From the NCBI GenBank assembly GCA_040753435.1, contig JBFMEN010000058.1, positions 18,817 to 82,816 of the forward strand: DNA of 64,000 nt, in the 5' to 3' direction. Positions 17,847 to 27,678 of the stretch are shown in pieces. The translations under genes were made by a program, and so were the position numbers. The stretch comes from Candidatus Omnitrophota bacterium. GTDB lineage: Bacteria; Omnitrophota; Gorgyraeia; Zapsychrales; JANLHA01. The stretch's first letter is position 1; every line of letters begins with the position of its first letter. A model generated the notes under the pieces. That model did not search any database. It was not told the origin of the DNA and saw nothing but the letters and a program-made list of their open reading frames with translations.

Positions 17847-19323
17847 GGTCGACCGTGCGCCAGTATTTAGCAGGGGAAGGAGTAATACCTTCCTCTTCGA
17901 GTTTTTTCAGGACATCCTGAATGTTACTATAAGCTTTAGTATCTTCGTTGACAATGGTTTTCCGGACCGGTGTCTTCCCGGTAATCGAATAAATGGAATT
18001 TGCGACAACAAAAATGAGCAGGATTACAGAAAAACCCGTCGCCAGTATAAAAAAGTTATTCTGAATCCGGTTGCTTTTTAAGACTGAATCTGAATGGCAA
18101 TGGTCACAATAAAAACATTCCGCGCAATCCGTGCAGGGATAAGAAGATGATGAACGTTTTTTTAAAATTTTAAACTGCGAGAACAGCGCGAGAACAGCGC
18201 CGAAAGGGCATAGATATTTGCACCAGAAACGTTGATAAAAAAAAGAGGCGCCCATAACTGCCGCCGCCAGAAGCCATGCCCCGATAGACCGAGTCCCGTT
18301 AAATACGGTCAGATAAACCTCGATCGCGCCTAAACCAGAATGTGCGAACCAGAGACTTGAACTCAGGATCAGGATCAGTGAAACATATTTAATCCAGCGA
18401 CAGATAGTATCTGTTTTAAGATTTGGGCTGGCTGTGCGCTTGAAGAGCTTTTTATTGATATGAAAAAGAAGTTCTTCGACGAAAGCAAACGGGCAGATTC
18501 CGGAGCAATAAATACGTCCGAGAAGAAAAGCCGTAATGAACGCCCCAAATAGCAGCAGGTAAAGGTCAGGCTGGGATGTCAGGGCCGGGAGCTGCCCCAG
18601 AACGGTTCCGGCCACATGCATGAGCGAAAGCATGTTGCCCGTGATAAGACCGATGATGATGAATCCTGAGGACAATGTTAACCAGCGGAGAATCGGATTT
18701 TTTTTCAGGCAACCAACAACAGCCAGAATAAAAATTAATGTCAAGGCCGGGATTAACAGGAGTTTGTCGGGTTTAAGGATACGAGTTCGGTTGATGGATT
18801 CGTTTTGAATTTTTCTTGATAAAAGGGAAGGCAAAACTTTTGTGGCCGCTTGATTGATTGTTTCAAGCACGGCCCGGCTTGTTATGGTAGCGCCGCTAAT
18901 TCCATCGATATCGTCCGAAAGGGTTAAGGGACTTTCAATATTTTTACCAATTAATTGTTGCATGAAATCAGGAAGGGAGGATGTCAATCCCGGAGTTTCA
19001 TGGTGCTGTAAGATTTGTGCGGTGATGATTTTTCCATTTGGGTCAATCACAACAACCAGATGGATTGGACCTGCATAACCGGAGACGCCGGTGACAATAT
19101 CTGAAGTGAAAAAATAATATCCGATCAGATTATGATCCTTGTCAAATACCTGATAACAGGGGAAATCTGTGGCGGCCGGCCGGGTAAAAACTGCCTGGGG
19201 GAAAAAGTCTCCAGTGCCTGGACGGGGAATATTTTCCCGGGTTTTGGTTGAAGTGAACCTGGAAATCGTCCCGAAAGAAACGATAATCAAGAAAAGGATC
19301 AGGAAAAGACGATAAGGTTTCAT
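17830..19323 (-). CDS. NosR/RdhC-like membrane electron-transfer protein (FMN-binding plus Fe-S)
   Basis: GYAGPI..HHETPG..DGISGATITS flavinylation motif; GRIYCSGICPF and RFWCKYLCPFG CX3CP motifs; CTDCAECFYCDHC; extra TM and soluble tail. Confidence 0.85.
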   Translation of the reverse strand: MKPYRLFLILFLIIVSFGTISRFTSTKTRENIPRPGTGDFFPQAVFTRPAATDFPCYQVFDKDHNLIGYYFFTSDIVTGVSGYAGPIHLVVVIDPNGKIITAQILQHHETPGLTSSLPDFMQQLIGKNIESPLTLSDDIDGISGATITSRAVLETINQAATKVLPSLLSRKIQNESINRTRILKPDKLLLIPALTLIFILAVVGCLKKNPILRWLTLSSGFIIIGLITGNMLSLMHVAGTVLGQLPALTSQPDLYLLLFGAFITAFLLGRIYCSGICPFAFVEELLFHINKKLFKRTASPNLKTDTICRWIKYVSLILILSSSLWFAHSGLGAIEVYLTVFNGTRSIGAWLLAAAVMGASFFYQRFWCKYLCPFGAVLALFSQFKILKKRSSSSYPCTDCAECFYCDHCHSDSVLKSNRIQNNFFILATGFSVILLIFVVANSIYSITGKTPVRKTIVNEDTKAYSNIQDVLKKLEEEGITPSPAKYWRTVDHEEND

Positions 19324-19423
19324 GTGTAATTATTTTAAGCACAGGGGTTTAAGAATGCAATGGAAAAAGAGGAGATTGATGATATAATTTAGCCTGTAAT
19401 TTCAATCATTTAATCGTATATTA

Positions 19424-20212
19424 ATGAATAAAAATTTTAGTTACATTTATGGCCCCGTTTATTCCTGGCGATTGGGAGTGTCTTTGGGGATTGATCCAAT
19501 CGGTCAGAAAAGGAAATATTGCAATTTTAACTGTGTTTATTGTCAGTTGGGGAAGACCCCTGTGCTGACAGGAAAGCGCAGCGTTTTTGTCCCTGCCCGT
19601 GCGGTCCTGGATGAAGTTAATGCGCTTGACCCCAATCTCAAACTGGACTATCTGACTTTCTCCGGTCGCGGGGAACCTACCCTGGCAAACAATCTGGGCG
19701 AAATGATTGATCTGTTGAAGCAACACCGACGGGAGAAAATCGCCGTCATTACAAACTCCGGATTAATGGGAAATCCCGGGGTCCGTTCGGATCTTTTAAA
19801 AGCGGATTTTGTCCTGGCAAAACTTGATGCCTGCGAGGAGAAATCTTTTGAAACGGTAGACAGGCCGTTGCCTTCTCAAACGCTGTCATCGATTGTTGAT
19901 GGCCTGAAGATGTTTTCCAAAGAGTTTAAAGGGAAGCTGGCATTACAGATGATGTTTATCGACCTGAACAAACATTGTGCGCCAGAAATGGCCAGAATAG
20001 CTGAGGAGATCGATCCGGATGAAATTGAATTGAATACTCCTCTTCGCCCCTGTGCCGTCCGGCCTCTTTCCAGTGAAGAAATGCTTGAGATTAAATCATT
20101 TTTTCATCGCTCAACCGTGATGGTTTATGAGCGGGAAAAGAAAGACGTTACGGCCATGGATGAAAAACAGACTGTGCGGCGTCATGGAAAATATCTGGAA
20201 GAAAATGAGTAA
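19424..20212 (+). CDS. radical SAM protein (TYW1-related Fe-S oxidoreductase family)
   Basis: YIYGPVYSWRLGVSLGID, CNFNCVYC, FSGRGEPTL, LNTPLRP. Confidence 0.85.
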   Translation: MNKNFSYIYGPVYSWRLGVSLGIDPIGQKRKYCNFNCVYCQLGKTPVLTGKRSVFVPARAVLDEVNALDPNLKLDYLTFSGRGEPTLANNLGEMIDLLKQHRREKIAVITNSGLMGNPGVRSDLLKADFVLAKLDACEEKSFETVDRPLPSQTLSSIVDGLKMFSKEFKGKLALQMMFIDLNKHCAPEMARIAEEIDPDEIELNTPLRPCAVRPLSSEEMLEIKSFFHRSTVMVYEREKKDVTAMDEKQTVRRHGKYLEENE

Positions 20213-20214
20213 GG

Positions 20215-20922
20215 ATGGAAGAATATTCCCCGGAAAAAATTGTTGAGCTTGAAAACAAGGTAAGATCGTTGCCCCAGCGGATTATTGAGGTCCAGGAGGC
20301 CGAACGGCATCGGATCGCGAAAGAGATCCACGATGATCTGGGACAGTCATTGGCCGCGCTCAAGATGCTCATACAGTCCAGCGTTCTTCCGGAATATATT
20401 ACTGATGCATCTAACCGCAGGGCTTATCAGCGCGTCGTTGATTATATCGATGAGATTATCGAAAAGACGCGGGACATCGCCACTGCCCTGCGGCCCAAGA
20501 TCATTGAAACTATGGGATTGACCCGGGCAATTAAAAAGATGCTGGCCGGGTTTCGTAAAAATAAAGGACTTCATATCAAAGCCCAGGTTGGTAATCTCAA
20601 TGACATCAAGTTCGAAAGTTCTTCCATTAATCTGTATCGTATCGTTCAGGAAGCCCTGGCCAATTTGTATCATCATGCAGAAGCGACAAGTGTTGAAGTG
20701 CTCTTCCGGCGAGGGAAACAATCTTTGACCATGACCATTAAAGATAATGGTAAGGGTTTTTTCCCACATAAGGCATCAAAAGGAACAGGTCATGCGAGTA
20801 AACACGGGCTGTCGACCATGTATGAAAGGGCCAGGCTTTTAGGGGGAGAGCTGGAGATTGAGTCTGAGCCGGGAAAAGGGACTCTGATCCGTCTGCACAT
20901 TCCAATTTCGATTAAAGAGTAG
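20215..20922 (+). CDS. NarX/UhpB-type histidine kinase without a sensor domain
   Basis: ERHRIAKEIHDDLGQSL (HisKA_3), QEALAN, DNGKGF, GLSTMYERA, GKGT. Confidence 0.9.
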   Translation: MEEYSPEKIVELENKVRSLPQRIIEVQEAERHRIAKEIHDDLGQSLAALKMLIQSSVLPEYITDASNRRAYQRVVDYIDEIIEKTRDIATALRPKIIETMGLTRAIKKMLAGFRKNKGLHIKAQVGNLNDIKFESSSINLYRIVQEALANLYHHAEATSVEVLFRRGKQSLTMTIKDNGKGFFPHKASKGTGHASKHGLSTMYERARLLGGELEIESEPGKGTLIRLHIPISIKE

Positions 20923-20930
20923 GGGACAGT

Positions 20931-21587
20931 ATGGATGAAAAATCCATTAAAATCATTCTGGCCGACGATCACTTGATGTTTCGCGCGGGTTTAAAGACCT
21001 TGATCGAGCGCTCAGACCGTTTTCTTGTTGTCGATGAGGCAAGCAATGGCGAAGAGCTCCTGGCAAAACTGAAAGGGGGGCGATGCGATCTCGTCGTTAT
21101 GGACCTTTCGATGCCAAAAATGGGAGGCTTGGAGGCGCTCAGCAAGATTGCGGCAAAGTATCCGCGAATCAGGGTCCTTGTGCTGACAATGCAGAAAGAC
21201 ACGCATTATTTTCATCGCACCATGTCGACAGGAGCCTGCGGATATGTTTTGAAAGATGACGCCTTTGAGCAGCTTGTCGAGGCGATCGATATTATTTTGA
21301 CTGGTAAAGAGTTTGTTTCTCCATCGATCAGATCATTGCTTGACGAGCAAAGCGGCGAGACGGTTAAAGAAGAGAAGGTTCTCCCGCCTGTTGATTTGCT
21401 CACGAAGAGGGAGCGCCAGGTGTTGAAACTTATCGCTTCCGGGGATGCCAATAAAAATATCGCCAAACAGCTTGGTATCAGCATTCGGACGGTGGAAGTC
21501 CATCGTTCAAACCTGATCAGGAAACTGGGAATCAAAACCACGGCGGGTTTGGTTAAATATTCGATGGCGGAAGCGTTTAAAGAATAA
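20931..21587 (+). CDS. NarL/LuxR-family response regulator
   Basis: ADDH, MDLSMP, LTKRERQV...TVEVHR HTH. Confidence 0.93.
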   Translation: MDEKSIKIILADDHLMFRAGLKTLIERSDRFLVVDEASNGEELLAKLKGGRCDLVVMDLSMPKMGGLEALSKIAAKYPRIRVLVLTMQKDTHYFHRTMSTGACGYVLKDDAFEQLVEAIDIILTGKEFVSPSIRSLLDEQSGETVKEEKVLPPVDLLTKRERQVLKLIASGDANKNIAKQLGISIRTVEVHRSNLIRKLGIKTTAGLVKYSMAEAFKE

Positions 21588-21683
21588 GCGTTGCTTGTAT
21601 TTAATATGAATTTTTTCTTTTTTTATCGTCAGACTTGTTTATACTAATAACATAATATTAAAATATAACACGTTACAAAAGAT

Positions 21684-22124
21684 ATGAGTGAAGAAAATTC
21701 ATCCCAGGCCCATCAGGATAATCAGAAAGCGGAACAGCCAAACGAACAGAAGCCCGAAGGTCTCCGTAAAATTTTGAATTCGTTTGACGAGAAACCGGGC
21801 GATTCTGGACCTGACGAGAGCGGGGCACAGCCTCCGAAGGAAGAAGATTCTCCTGAAGAGCTGCCTTTACCGCCTCTGAAAGAGGAGACGCCCCAGGCTG
21901 AGGCTGTTTCTGAAACCACGGCTCCTGAAATCAAAGAACAGCACGAGAAGACAGGATCGAGCGATGAACTCTCGCCGGCCATACCCCCTGATTCCAGGGA
22001 GGGGGACGCTTCCCGGATTGATCCTGAACAAATCATTTCTGAAGCGATGAAAAAGCTTGATAAATTACTCGAAGAGATCAAAAAGAATGAGTTTAAGCCT
22101 GATGAGCACGTTAATGAAGGGTGA
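21684..22124 (+). CDS. acidic, Pro/Glu-rich low-complexity hypothetical protein
   Basis: 146-aa ATG ORF after an AT-rich promoter-like region; no recognisable domain. Confidence 0.6.
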   Translation: MSEENSSQAHQDNQKAEQPNEQKPEGLRKILNSFDEKPGDSGPDESGAQPPKEEDSPEELPLPPLKEETPQAEAVSETTAPEIKEQHEKTGSSDELSPAIPPDSREGDASRIDPEQIISEAMKKLDKLLEEIKKNEFKPDEHVNEG

Positions 22125-22152
22125 CATTCTTTAATCCGATTGATATGGAAAA

Positions 22153-24273
22153 ATGCAAATCATCAGCCGCTTTAAAAGTTTTTTAACCTCATCGTTATTC
22201 CTTCCGTTCATATTATCATTCGCTGTCTGGATTTTTGCCTTTCGTGGATTTGTATTCGGCTCTCTTGCCTTTGTTGAAGATGCCGTCTCATATCTCAATC
22301 AGACTAAATTTTTGACAGATTCCATGCTCCAGGGCACGTTGCTTCTATGGAGCAGTGAAGCTTTCGGAATGCCCAATGACTTTTTTCTATTGCGTCTGGG
22401 CGCCTTTAATCCGTTGTTCGTCATAATCACGCTGCTGAGATCTGCGGGAATTCCTTTCTTTGTTGTCTATGTCTGGTCCATGGCCGGATATTATTTTCTG
22501 GGGTGCTGCGGGTTTTATTTTCTTTCAAAGCGAATAACTGGACACCGGCTGGCCGCATTGATGGGATTTCTGTTATTATATTTCTCCGCGCTCGGCACGA
22601 GGATCTTTGATTCTTACATTATTCTTGTCTTTGTTCCGTTAATGTGGTTTTTCTTTTTCATCGTGGATTTCTTCACCGCGCCTTCAAGGAAAAGTTTCAT
22701 CGGTAGCGTTTTTACCATGATGCTTTTGTTGAGCACATATATCCCGTTTTACTTCCTGTTTATCTTGCTGGTTTTCCTGGTATTTATGGCAGTGGTTTTT
22801 CCAAAAAAATTTTTAAACAAAACCAGCCAATTAGTTTCATTTATCGCAAGCAACAAGATTCTTTGTTTCTGCGGGCTCATTGCGCTGCTTGTAGCCTTGA
22901 TCCCGGGAGTTTTCTTTTTTCAGTCTTCACACAGAGGGGAGTTTGTTATGCCGTTACGGCATGATTTGCTTTCGTCAAATGACGCGGCGCTTGAAGTTCA
23001 TCCCAGGGTGACATCAACATGGGCCTCGATTGAGGATATTGCTTTTTCAAATTATTTTACCGATTTGCGTCAAATGAAATTCGCCATTATCTATGTGCCG
23101 TTTTTGACCTGGATTTTGTTAAGTCTTGGCCTGTTAACAAAAATGACAAAACGTTTTTTATTTTATTTTCTGTTCGCAGGTTTTTTTCTGGCTCTGGGAA
23201 TTCCGCAAGACCTTCCGTTATATCAGTTTTTGCATGAGCGCATTTTCTTTTTTAAATATTTCCGGAATCTTCATTTTTTTTTATGGTGGGTGATCCTTCC
23301 TGTGATGTTTCTGTTAATTGCAGAACAAACCGGGCAAATTTTAGGAATGCTGAAACACCGACGAAGATTCGATTTAATTGTCCTGTTAGCGCTGCACATA
23401 ATGTGGTTATACGTGATTTTTAAACAACCGGATTATATTTTATCCACCGTCATTTCCATTCTGCTCAGCTGGATTTTTTTCACGTTGATCTGGCTGGGGG
23501 CGGATCAAAAAAAGGTGCTTTGGCTCGGATTAGGCGCTATGGTTGTTTTTTCCGCGCAACCGCTCGAAGTGTTTTTTCATTTAAGTTCTAATTCGAAAAG
23601 CAAAGAGCAGCCGTATTATTTCGAGCGAATCAAAGAAAAGTCATCTTATCTGAATGATGCGCTTGATGCTTCCGGCGCAGTGTCGTTTTATATCGCCATG
23701 AATCAGGTTGTTACTCTACAAAATAATCTTCCGCCGGAAATTTTTTATCGTTATTCATTGCCGGAATTTGTTGTTTACGATCAGTTCAAAATGCTTAAGG
23801 AACCCGCAGACTGGAATGAGATTTCGGATTCTTTTAAAGGGGAGAGAAATATTGTTTTCGTTGAAGACTGGGACGAGAAATTTTTACTTGCCGGGAAGCA
23901 GAAGCGCCGGATTCCCATTGAAGGACCCGGGCAAGGCGTTAATGTTATTTCCGACCGGCCCAATCAGTTAAAGGTTGAAACATTTTTTGACCAGCCCAAG
24001 CTCCTGGTTTTCAATGATACATTCTCGCCCCATTGGAAGGCAGACATTGATGGAGTCTCAACCCGGGTTTATAAAGCGAATCTGGCGTTTAAAGGGGTTT
24101 ACGTTCCTGACGGGAAGCATACTGTCACCTTGCGTTTCGAAAAACATTTATGGATCAATCGGGGCGTCTGGCTGGTTTTTATGTCTGTATTTGCAGCGTT
24201 ATTATTTTTTTCATTAACCGATAAACGGTTTTGTGGCGAATGCGATGAAAGCCTTTTTCCAAAAAATTGTTAG
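22153..24273 (+). CDS. YfhO-like GT-C-fold membrane glycosyltransferase
   Basis: About 12 TMs; C-terminal LVFNDTFSPHWKADIDG..ANLAFKGVYVPDGKHTVTLRF plus terminal TM. Confidence 0.75.
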   Translation: MQIISRFKSFLTSSLFLPFILSFAVWIFAFRGFVFGSLAFVEDAVSYLNQTKFLTDSMLQGTLLLWSSEAFGMPNDFFLLRLGAFNPLFVIITLLRSAGIPFFVVYVWSMAGYYFLGCCGFYFLSKRITGHRLAALMGFLLLYFSALGTRIFDSYIILVFVPLMWFFFFIVDFFTAPSRKSFIGSVFTMMLLLSTYIPFYFLFILLVFLVFMAVVFPKKFLNKTSQLVSFIASNKILCFCGLIALLVALIPGVFFFQSSHRGEFVMPLRHDLLSSNDAALEVHPRVTSTWASIEDIAFSNYFTDLRQMKFAIIYVPFLTWILLSLGLLTKMTKRFLFYFLFAGFFLALGIPQDLPLYQFLHERIFFFKYFRNLHFFLWWVILPVMFLLIAEQTGQILGMLKHRRRFDLIVLLALHIMWLYVIFKQPDYILSTVISILLSWIFFTLIWLGADQKKVLWLGLGAMVVFSAQPLEVFFHLSSNSKSKEQPYYFERIKEKSSYLNDALDASGAVSFYIAMNQVVTLQNNLPPEIFYRYSLPEFVVYDQFKMLKEPADWNEISDSFKGERNIVFVEDWDEKFLLAGKQKRRIPIEGPGQGVNVISDRPNQLKVETFFDQPKLLVFNDTFSPHWKADIDGVSTRVYKANLAFKGVYVPDGKHTVTLRFEKHLWINRGVWLVFMSVFAALLFFSLTDKRFCGECDESLFPKNC

Positions 24274-25168
24274 ATCGTCCGGATGGCTGTTCTCGCGGGC
24301 AGGGTTCTTTTATCTGGCCGTGTTTCTGGCGATGGGCATGTTCATTGATATCGAAAAGATCTGGGGCAACGCAAGGATCCGGTCAATGAATCGAATCATG
24401 CCGTTGTTCGAGGACCTGGCTTCAAACCTGGTCGCCGGCAAGTCCCTGACTTTCGATCAATGGCAAGAATATGCTTTGTACTATCAAAAGATTTCGGAGT
24501 TGATACCGGCCGATCCCGGCGCTTATTTTTTCCTTGGTTATTGTTTGAGTCATTTGAACAGGGAGGAAGAAGCTCTTTCCAATTTTGAAAAAGCCGTTCA
24601 AAAGGCGCCCGGAGTTTTTTGGTTCGAATATAATCTCGCGATGGCCTATTATAAAAAAGCTGATTATGAAAAAGCGGGCGAGTTTTTTCGCAGAAGCATT
24701 GATTCAGGGGCAGCAGCCGCGCAATTTTATATGAGAAATTCCACGCTATATAAACAAGTTCTTGCAAGCGCGTTGAGACAGGGGTTTGATCCCGAGACAT
24801 CGTTTAACGCATCTTTTGCGCATGCCCATATCATGACGGCACGTTGTCTTTATGAATTGGGAAAGTACGATCAGGCTATTCAGTTAGCCTATTATCATTT
24901 GAGACGGGGACTGGGAGCGCCGCAAGATTATTATTATCTGATTGCTTTAAGCCTGAAAGCAACTGGAAAGCTGACAGATATGATGTCAGTGCTTCAGCTT
25001 TTGCTGAAACATGACCCGGATCATCTTGGCGCTTGGCAGATGATGCGGGAGTTTTTTATCAGGGTTCAGGACTTGGAGAATGTGAAGCGCGCCGAACTTA
25101 AGCTGGAGTATCTGCGGAAAGATGGACCGGATGTTGATAAGGCGGTGAGACAACAAAAGCTCATGTGA
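24245..25168 (+). CDS. membrane-anchored TPR protein
   Basis: N-terminal TM; TPR units AYFFLGYC..ALSNFEKAV, YNLAMAYY. Confidence 0.8.
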   Translation: MKAFFQKIVRSSGWLFSRAGFFYLAVFLAMGMFIDIEKIWGNARIRSMNRIMPLFEDLASNLVAGKSLTFDQWQEYALYYQKISELIPADPGAYFFLGYCLSHLNREEEALSNFEKAVQKAPGVFWFEYNLAMAYYKKADYEKAGEFFRRSIDSGAAAAQFYMRNSTLYKQVLASALRQGFDPETSFNASFAHAHIMTARCLYELGKYDQAIQLAYYHLRRGLGAPQDYYYLIALSLKATGKLTDMMSVLQLLLKHDPDHLGAWQMMREFFIRVQDLENVKRAELKLEYLRKDGPDVDKAVRQQKLM

Positions 25169-25271
25169 TTTATTTTTTTTGTCATGTTGAATTCTTTTTC
25201 CGTTTATTGTCTCTTATTTGTTTAATGCTATACTAAGTTAAAACAGAATCACAATTAGTAACGGGGGCCTT

Positions 25272-25667
25272 ATGCCAAAACGAATCCTGGTGGTCGATGA
25301 TGAGGAAGATATCGTTGCAATCCTTAAAGCCAGACTGGAGAATGCCGGTTATGAGGTAGATGTGGCCTACGACGGAAAGCAGGGATTAGAGAAAATCAGG
25401 GAGCGTAAACCGGATCTGGCGATTTTTGACATTATGATGCCGGAAATTAATGGTTCGACTCTCTGCGGCATGCTGAAATTCGATGAACGGTTTAAGGATA
25501 TTGCGATTATTATTTTAACAGCGAAAGGACGGGAACTGGACAAAGAGATTTCCCATACCGTTGGCGCTGATGCCTATATGGTCAAACCTTTTGAAACACA
25601 AGTTCTTCTGGATACTGTCGCTCATCTGTTGACAGGAGCGGATGATCGGGGGGGAGTAATCCAATAA
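25272..25667 (+). CDS. stand-alone receiver-domain response regulator
   Basis: ILVVDDE, DIMMP, ILTA, KPF. Confidence 0.92.
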   Translation: MPKRILVVDDEEDIVAILKARLENAGYEVDVAYDGKQGLEKIRERKPDLAIFDIMMPEINGSTLCGMLKFDERFKDIAIIILTAKGRELDKEISHTVGADAYMVKPFETQVLLDTVAHLLTGADDRGGVIQ

Positions 25668-25672
25668 ACAAG

Positions 25673-26053
25673 ATGAGTAAAAATTTTTCTATTTTAGTTA
25701 TTGATGATAATCCCACGGACTTGAAGCTCATTTCTTCTCTCCTGGCAAATAACGGCTATGATGTGTCTTCTGCCCAGGAAGCTCCTGCCGGAATAGAGCT
25801 TGCCATGCAAATGCGCCCAGATCTGATTATTCTCGATGTCATGATGCCGATTATCAATGGGTATAATATTTGCCGTTTAATTAAGGACCAGGCTGAATAT
25901 TCAGGAATTCCTATTGTGCTGCTAACGTCGCGTTCTAATGAAGAAGATCACCGGATCGGCCGGGAGGCGGGGGCTGACGCTTATATCTCAAAACCCTTCG
26001 ACTCTGAAGGGCTTCTGTGTACCATAAAAGATCTGCTGAATAACTATGCTTAA
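25673..26053 (+). CDS. stand-alone receiver-domain response regulator
   Basis: VIDDN, DVMMP, LLTS, KPF. Confidence 0.92.
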   Translation: MSKNFSILVIDDNPTDLKLISSLLANNGYDVSSAQEAPAGIELAMQMRPDLIILDVMMPIINGYNICRLIKDQAEYSGIPIVLLTSRSNEEDHRIGREAGADAYISKPFDSEGLLCTIKDLLNNYA

Positions 26054-26843
26054 ACTGTTTGAAAAAATCGGTATAGCGGTTAAGGAATGGGCGACTGTGT
26101 CTATCGGATTTATGAGGCTCTTTGCTGATGCCTGCTACTGGATTGTCTTCGGCCCGTCCCGCCAAAAGCCGGTTAAGAGAGCTCCTCTTTTTGAACAAAT
26201 GGTTTTTATGGGGACGAAATCCATCGTGATTGTTTTTTTTGTTTGTTTCTTCACGGGGATTGTCCTCGCCATGCAGTCAGCGTATCAATTGGAAAAAATG
26301 GGGGGGCTCATTTATGTGGCCAGTTTGGTATCGATCGCGATTTGCCGTGAGTTGGGACCTGTATTGACGGCGCTTGTTCTTGCAGGAAGAATCGGGGCCG
26401 CGATCACGGCCGAAATCGGTTCGATGAAAGTCAATGAGCAGATTGAGGCGCTCGAAACCATGGGAATCAATCCAGTGCGTTTTCTTGTTGCGCCTAAAGT
26501 TCTGGCGCTGTTTTTGATGTTGCCTTGTTTAACAGTAGTGGGCGATTTGGCCGGCATATTTGGCGGATACCTTGTCGGGGTCGGAGATCTCAAGATCAAT
26601 TCATATCTTTATATGCAGGTGGCGTTCAAGTTTTTGAGCTTGAAAGATATTTATACGGGCTTATCCAAAGCATTCGTCTTTTCTCTGATCATTTCATTGG
26701 TAGGGACGTACCAAGGGCTGAATACAAAAGGCGGAGCGGTTGGAGTAGGAAGGGCAACGACGATCAGCGTGGTGACGAGTTTTATCATGATCATTATCGC
26801 AGATTGTCTCATAACGGGAATTTATTATTACTGGAACGTTTAA
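26046..26843 (+). CDS. mlaE: MlaE-family ABC permease
   Basis: RELGPVLTA..AGRIGAAITAEIGSMKVNEQIEALE; GGAVGVGRATT. Confidence 0.93.
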   Translation: MLKLFEKIGIAVKEWATVSIGFMRLFADACYWIVFGPSRQKPVKRAPLFEQMVFMGTKSIVIVFFVCFFTGIVLAMQSAYQLEKMGGLIYVASLVSIAICRELGPVLTALVLAGRIGAAITAEIGSMKVNEQIEALETMGINPVRFLVAPKVLALFLMLPCLTVVGDLAGIFGGYLVGVGDLKINSYLYMQVAFKFLSLKDIYTGLSKAFVFSLIISLVGTYQGLNTKGGAVGVGRATTISVVTSFIMIIIADCLITGIYYYWNV

Positions 26844-26878
26844 ATATTGGCGGCCGGGAGTTATGGCCGTAGTTGTTT

Positions 26879-27667
26879 ATGAACGAAGAATATCCTATTG
26901 CCATTTCCGTTCAAAATTTGACGAAATCTTTTAATCGCCGGACAATACTTGAGGAAGTAAACCTCGATATCCGCCGCGGGGAGATCTTTGTTATCATGGG
27001 CGGTTCAGGCTGCGGGAAAAGCACTTTGTTGCGGCTGATGACAGGGGCGATTAAACCCGATATCGGAAAGGTTGAATTCAATAACCAGGACCTGACCATG
27101 TTGTCTGAGGTGGAACTGGAGAAAGTGAAGAGGCGTTTCGGCATGAGCTTTCAAAGCGCGGCCTTGCTTGACTTTATGTCTGTTGAAGATAATGTCAGTC
27201 TTCCTTTAAGGGAACATACCCGGCTAGGAAAGAAGATTATCGATATTATCGTCAGAATGAAGCTTGGCCTTGTCGGGATGCAGGGTTTTGAAAAAATGAT
27301 GCCCAATGAACTTTCGGGAGGGATGCGTAAACGTGTCGGCCTGGCGCGGGCCATTGCAATGGATCCAGAGGTTGTTTTTTATGATGAGCCTTCTGCCGGT
27401 CTTGATCCGATTGCCTGCGCTGTTGTTGATCAATTGATCGTGGACCTCAGCAAAAAACTTTTATTGACCTCAGTCGTCGTCACACATAATATGGACAGTG
27501 TGTTCCGAATCGCAGACAGGATCGGGATGTTATATAGAGGGAGACTGCTTGAAGTCGGGACCCCGGAGCAGATCAAAAATTCATCCAATCCCGTGGTTCA
27601 GCAGTTTATTCAGGGAAAATTGTCCGGCCCCATAGATATAAGGGCCCATGAGGATATGGCATCATAA
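26879..27667 (+). CDS. mlaF: MlaF-family ABC ATPase
   Basis: GGSGCGKST, LSGGMRKRVGLARA, YDEPSAGLDP. Confidence 0.93.
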   Translation: MNEEYPIAISVQNLTKSFNRRTILEEVNLDIRRGEIFVIMGGSGCGKSTLLRLMTGAIKPDIGKVEFNNQDLTMLSEVELEKVKRRFGMSFQSAALLDFMSVEDNVSLPLREHTRLGKKIIDIIVRMKLGLVGMQGFEKMMPNELSGGMRKRVGLARAIAMDPEVVFYDEPSAGLDPIACAVVDQLIVDLSKKLLLTSVVVTHNMDSVFRIADRIGMLYRGRLLEVGTPEQIKNSSNPVVQQFIQGKLSGPIDIRAHEDMAS

Positions 27668-27678
27668 AGGAGCCAGGT

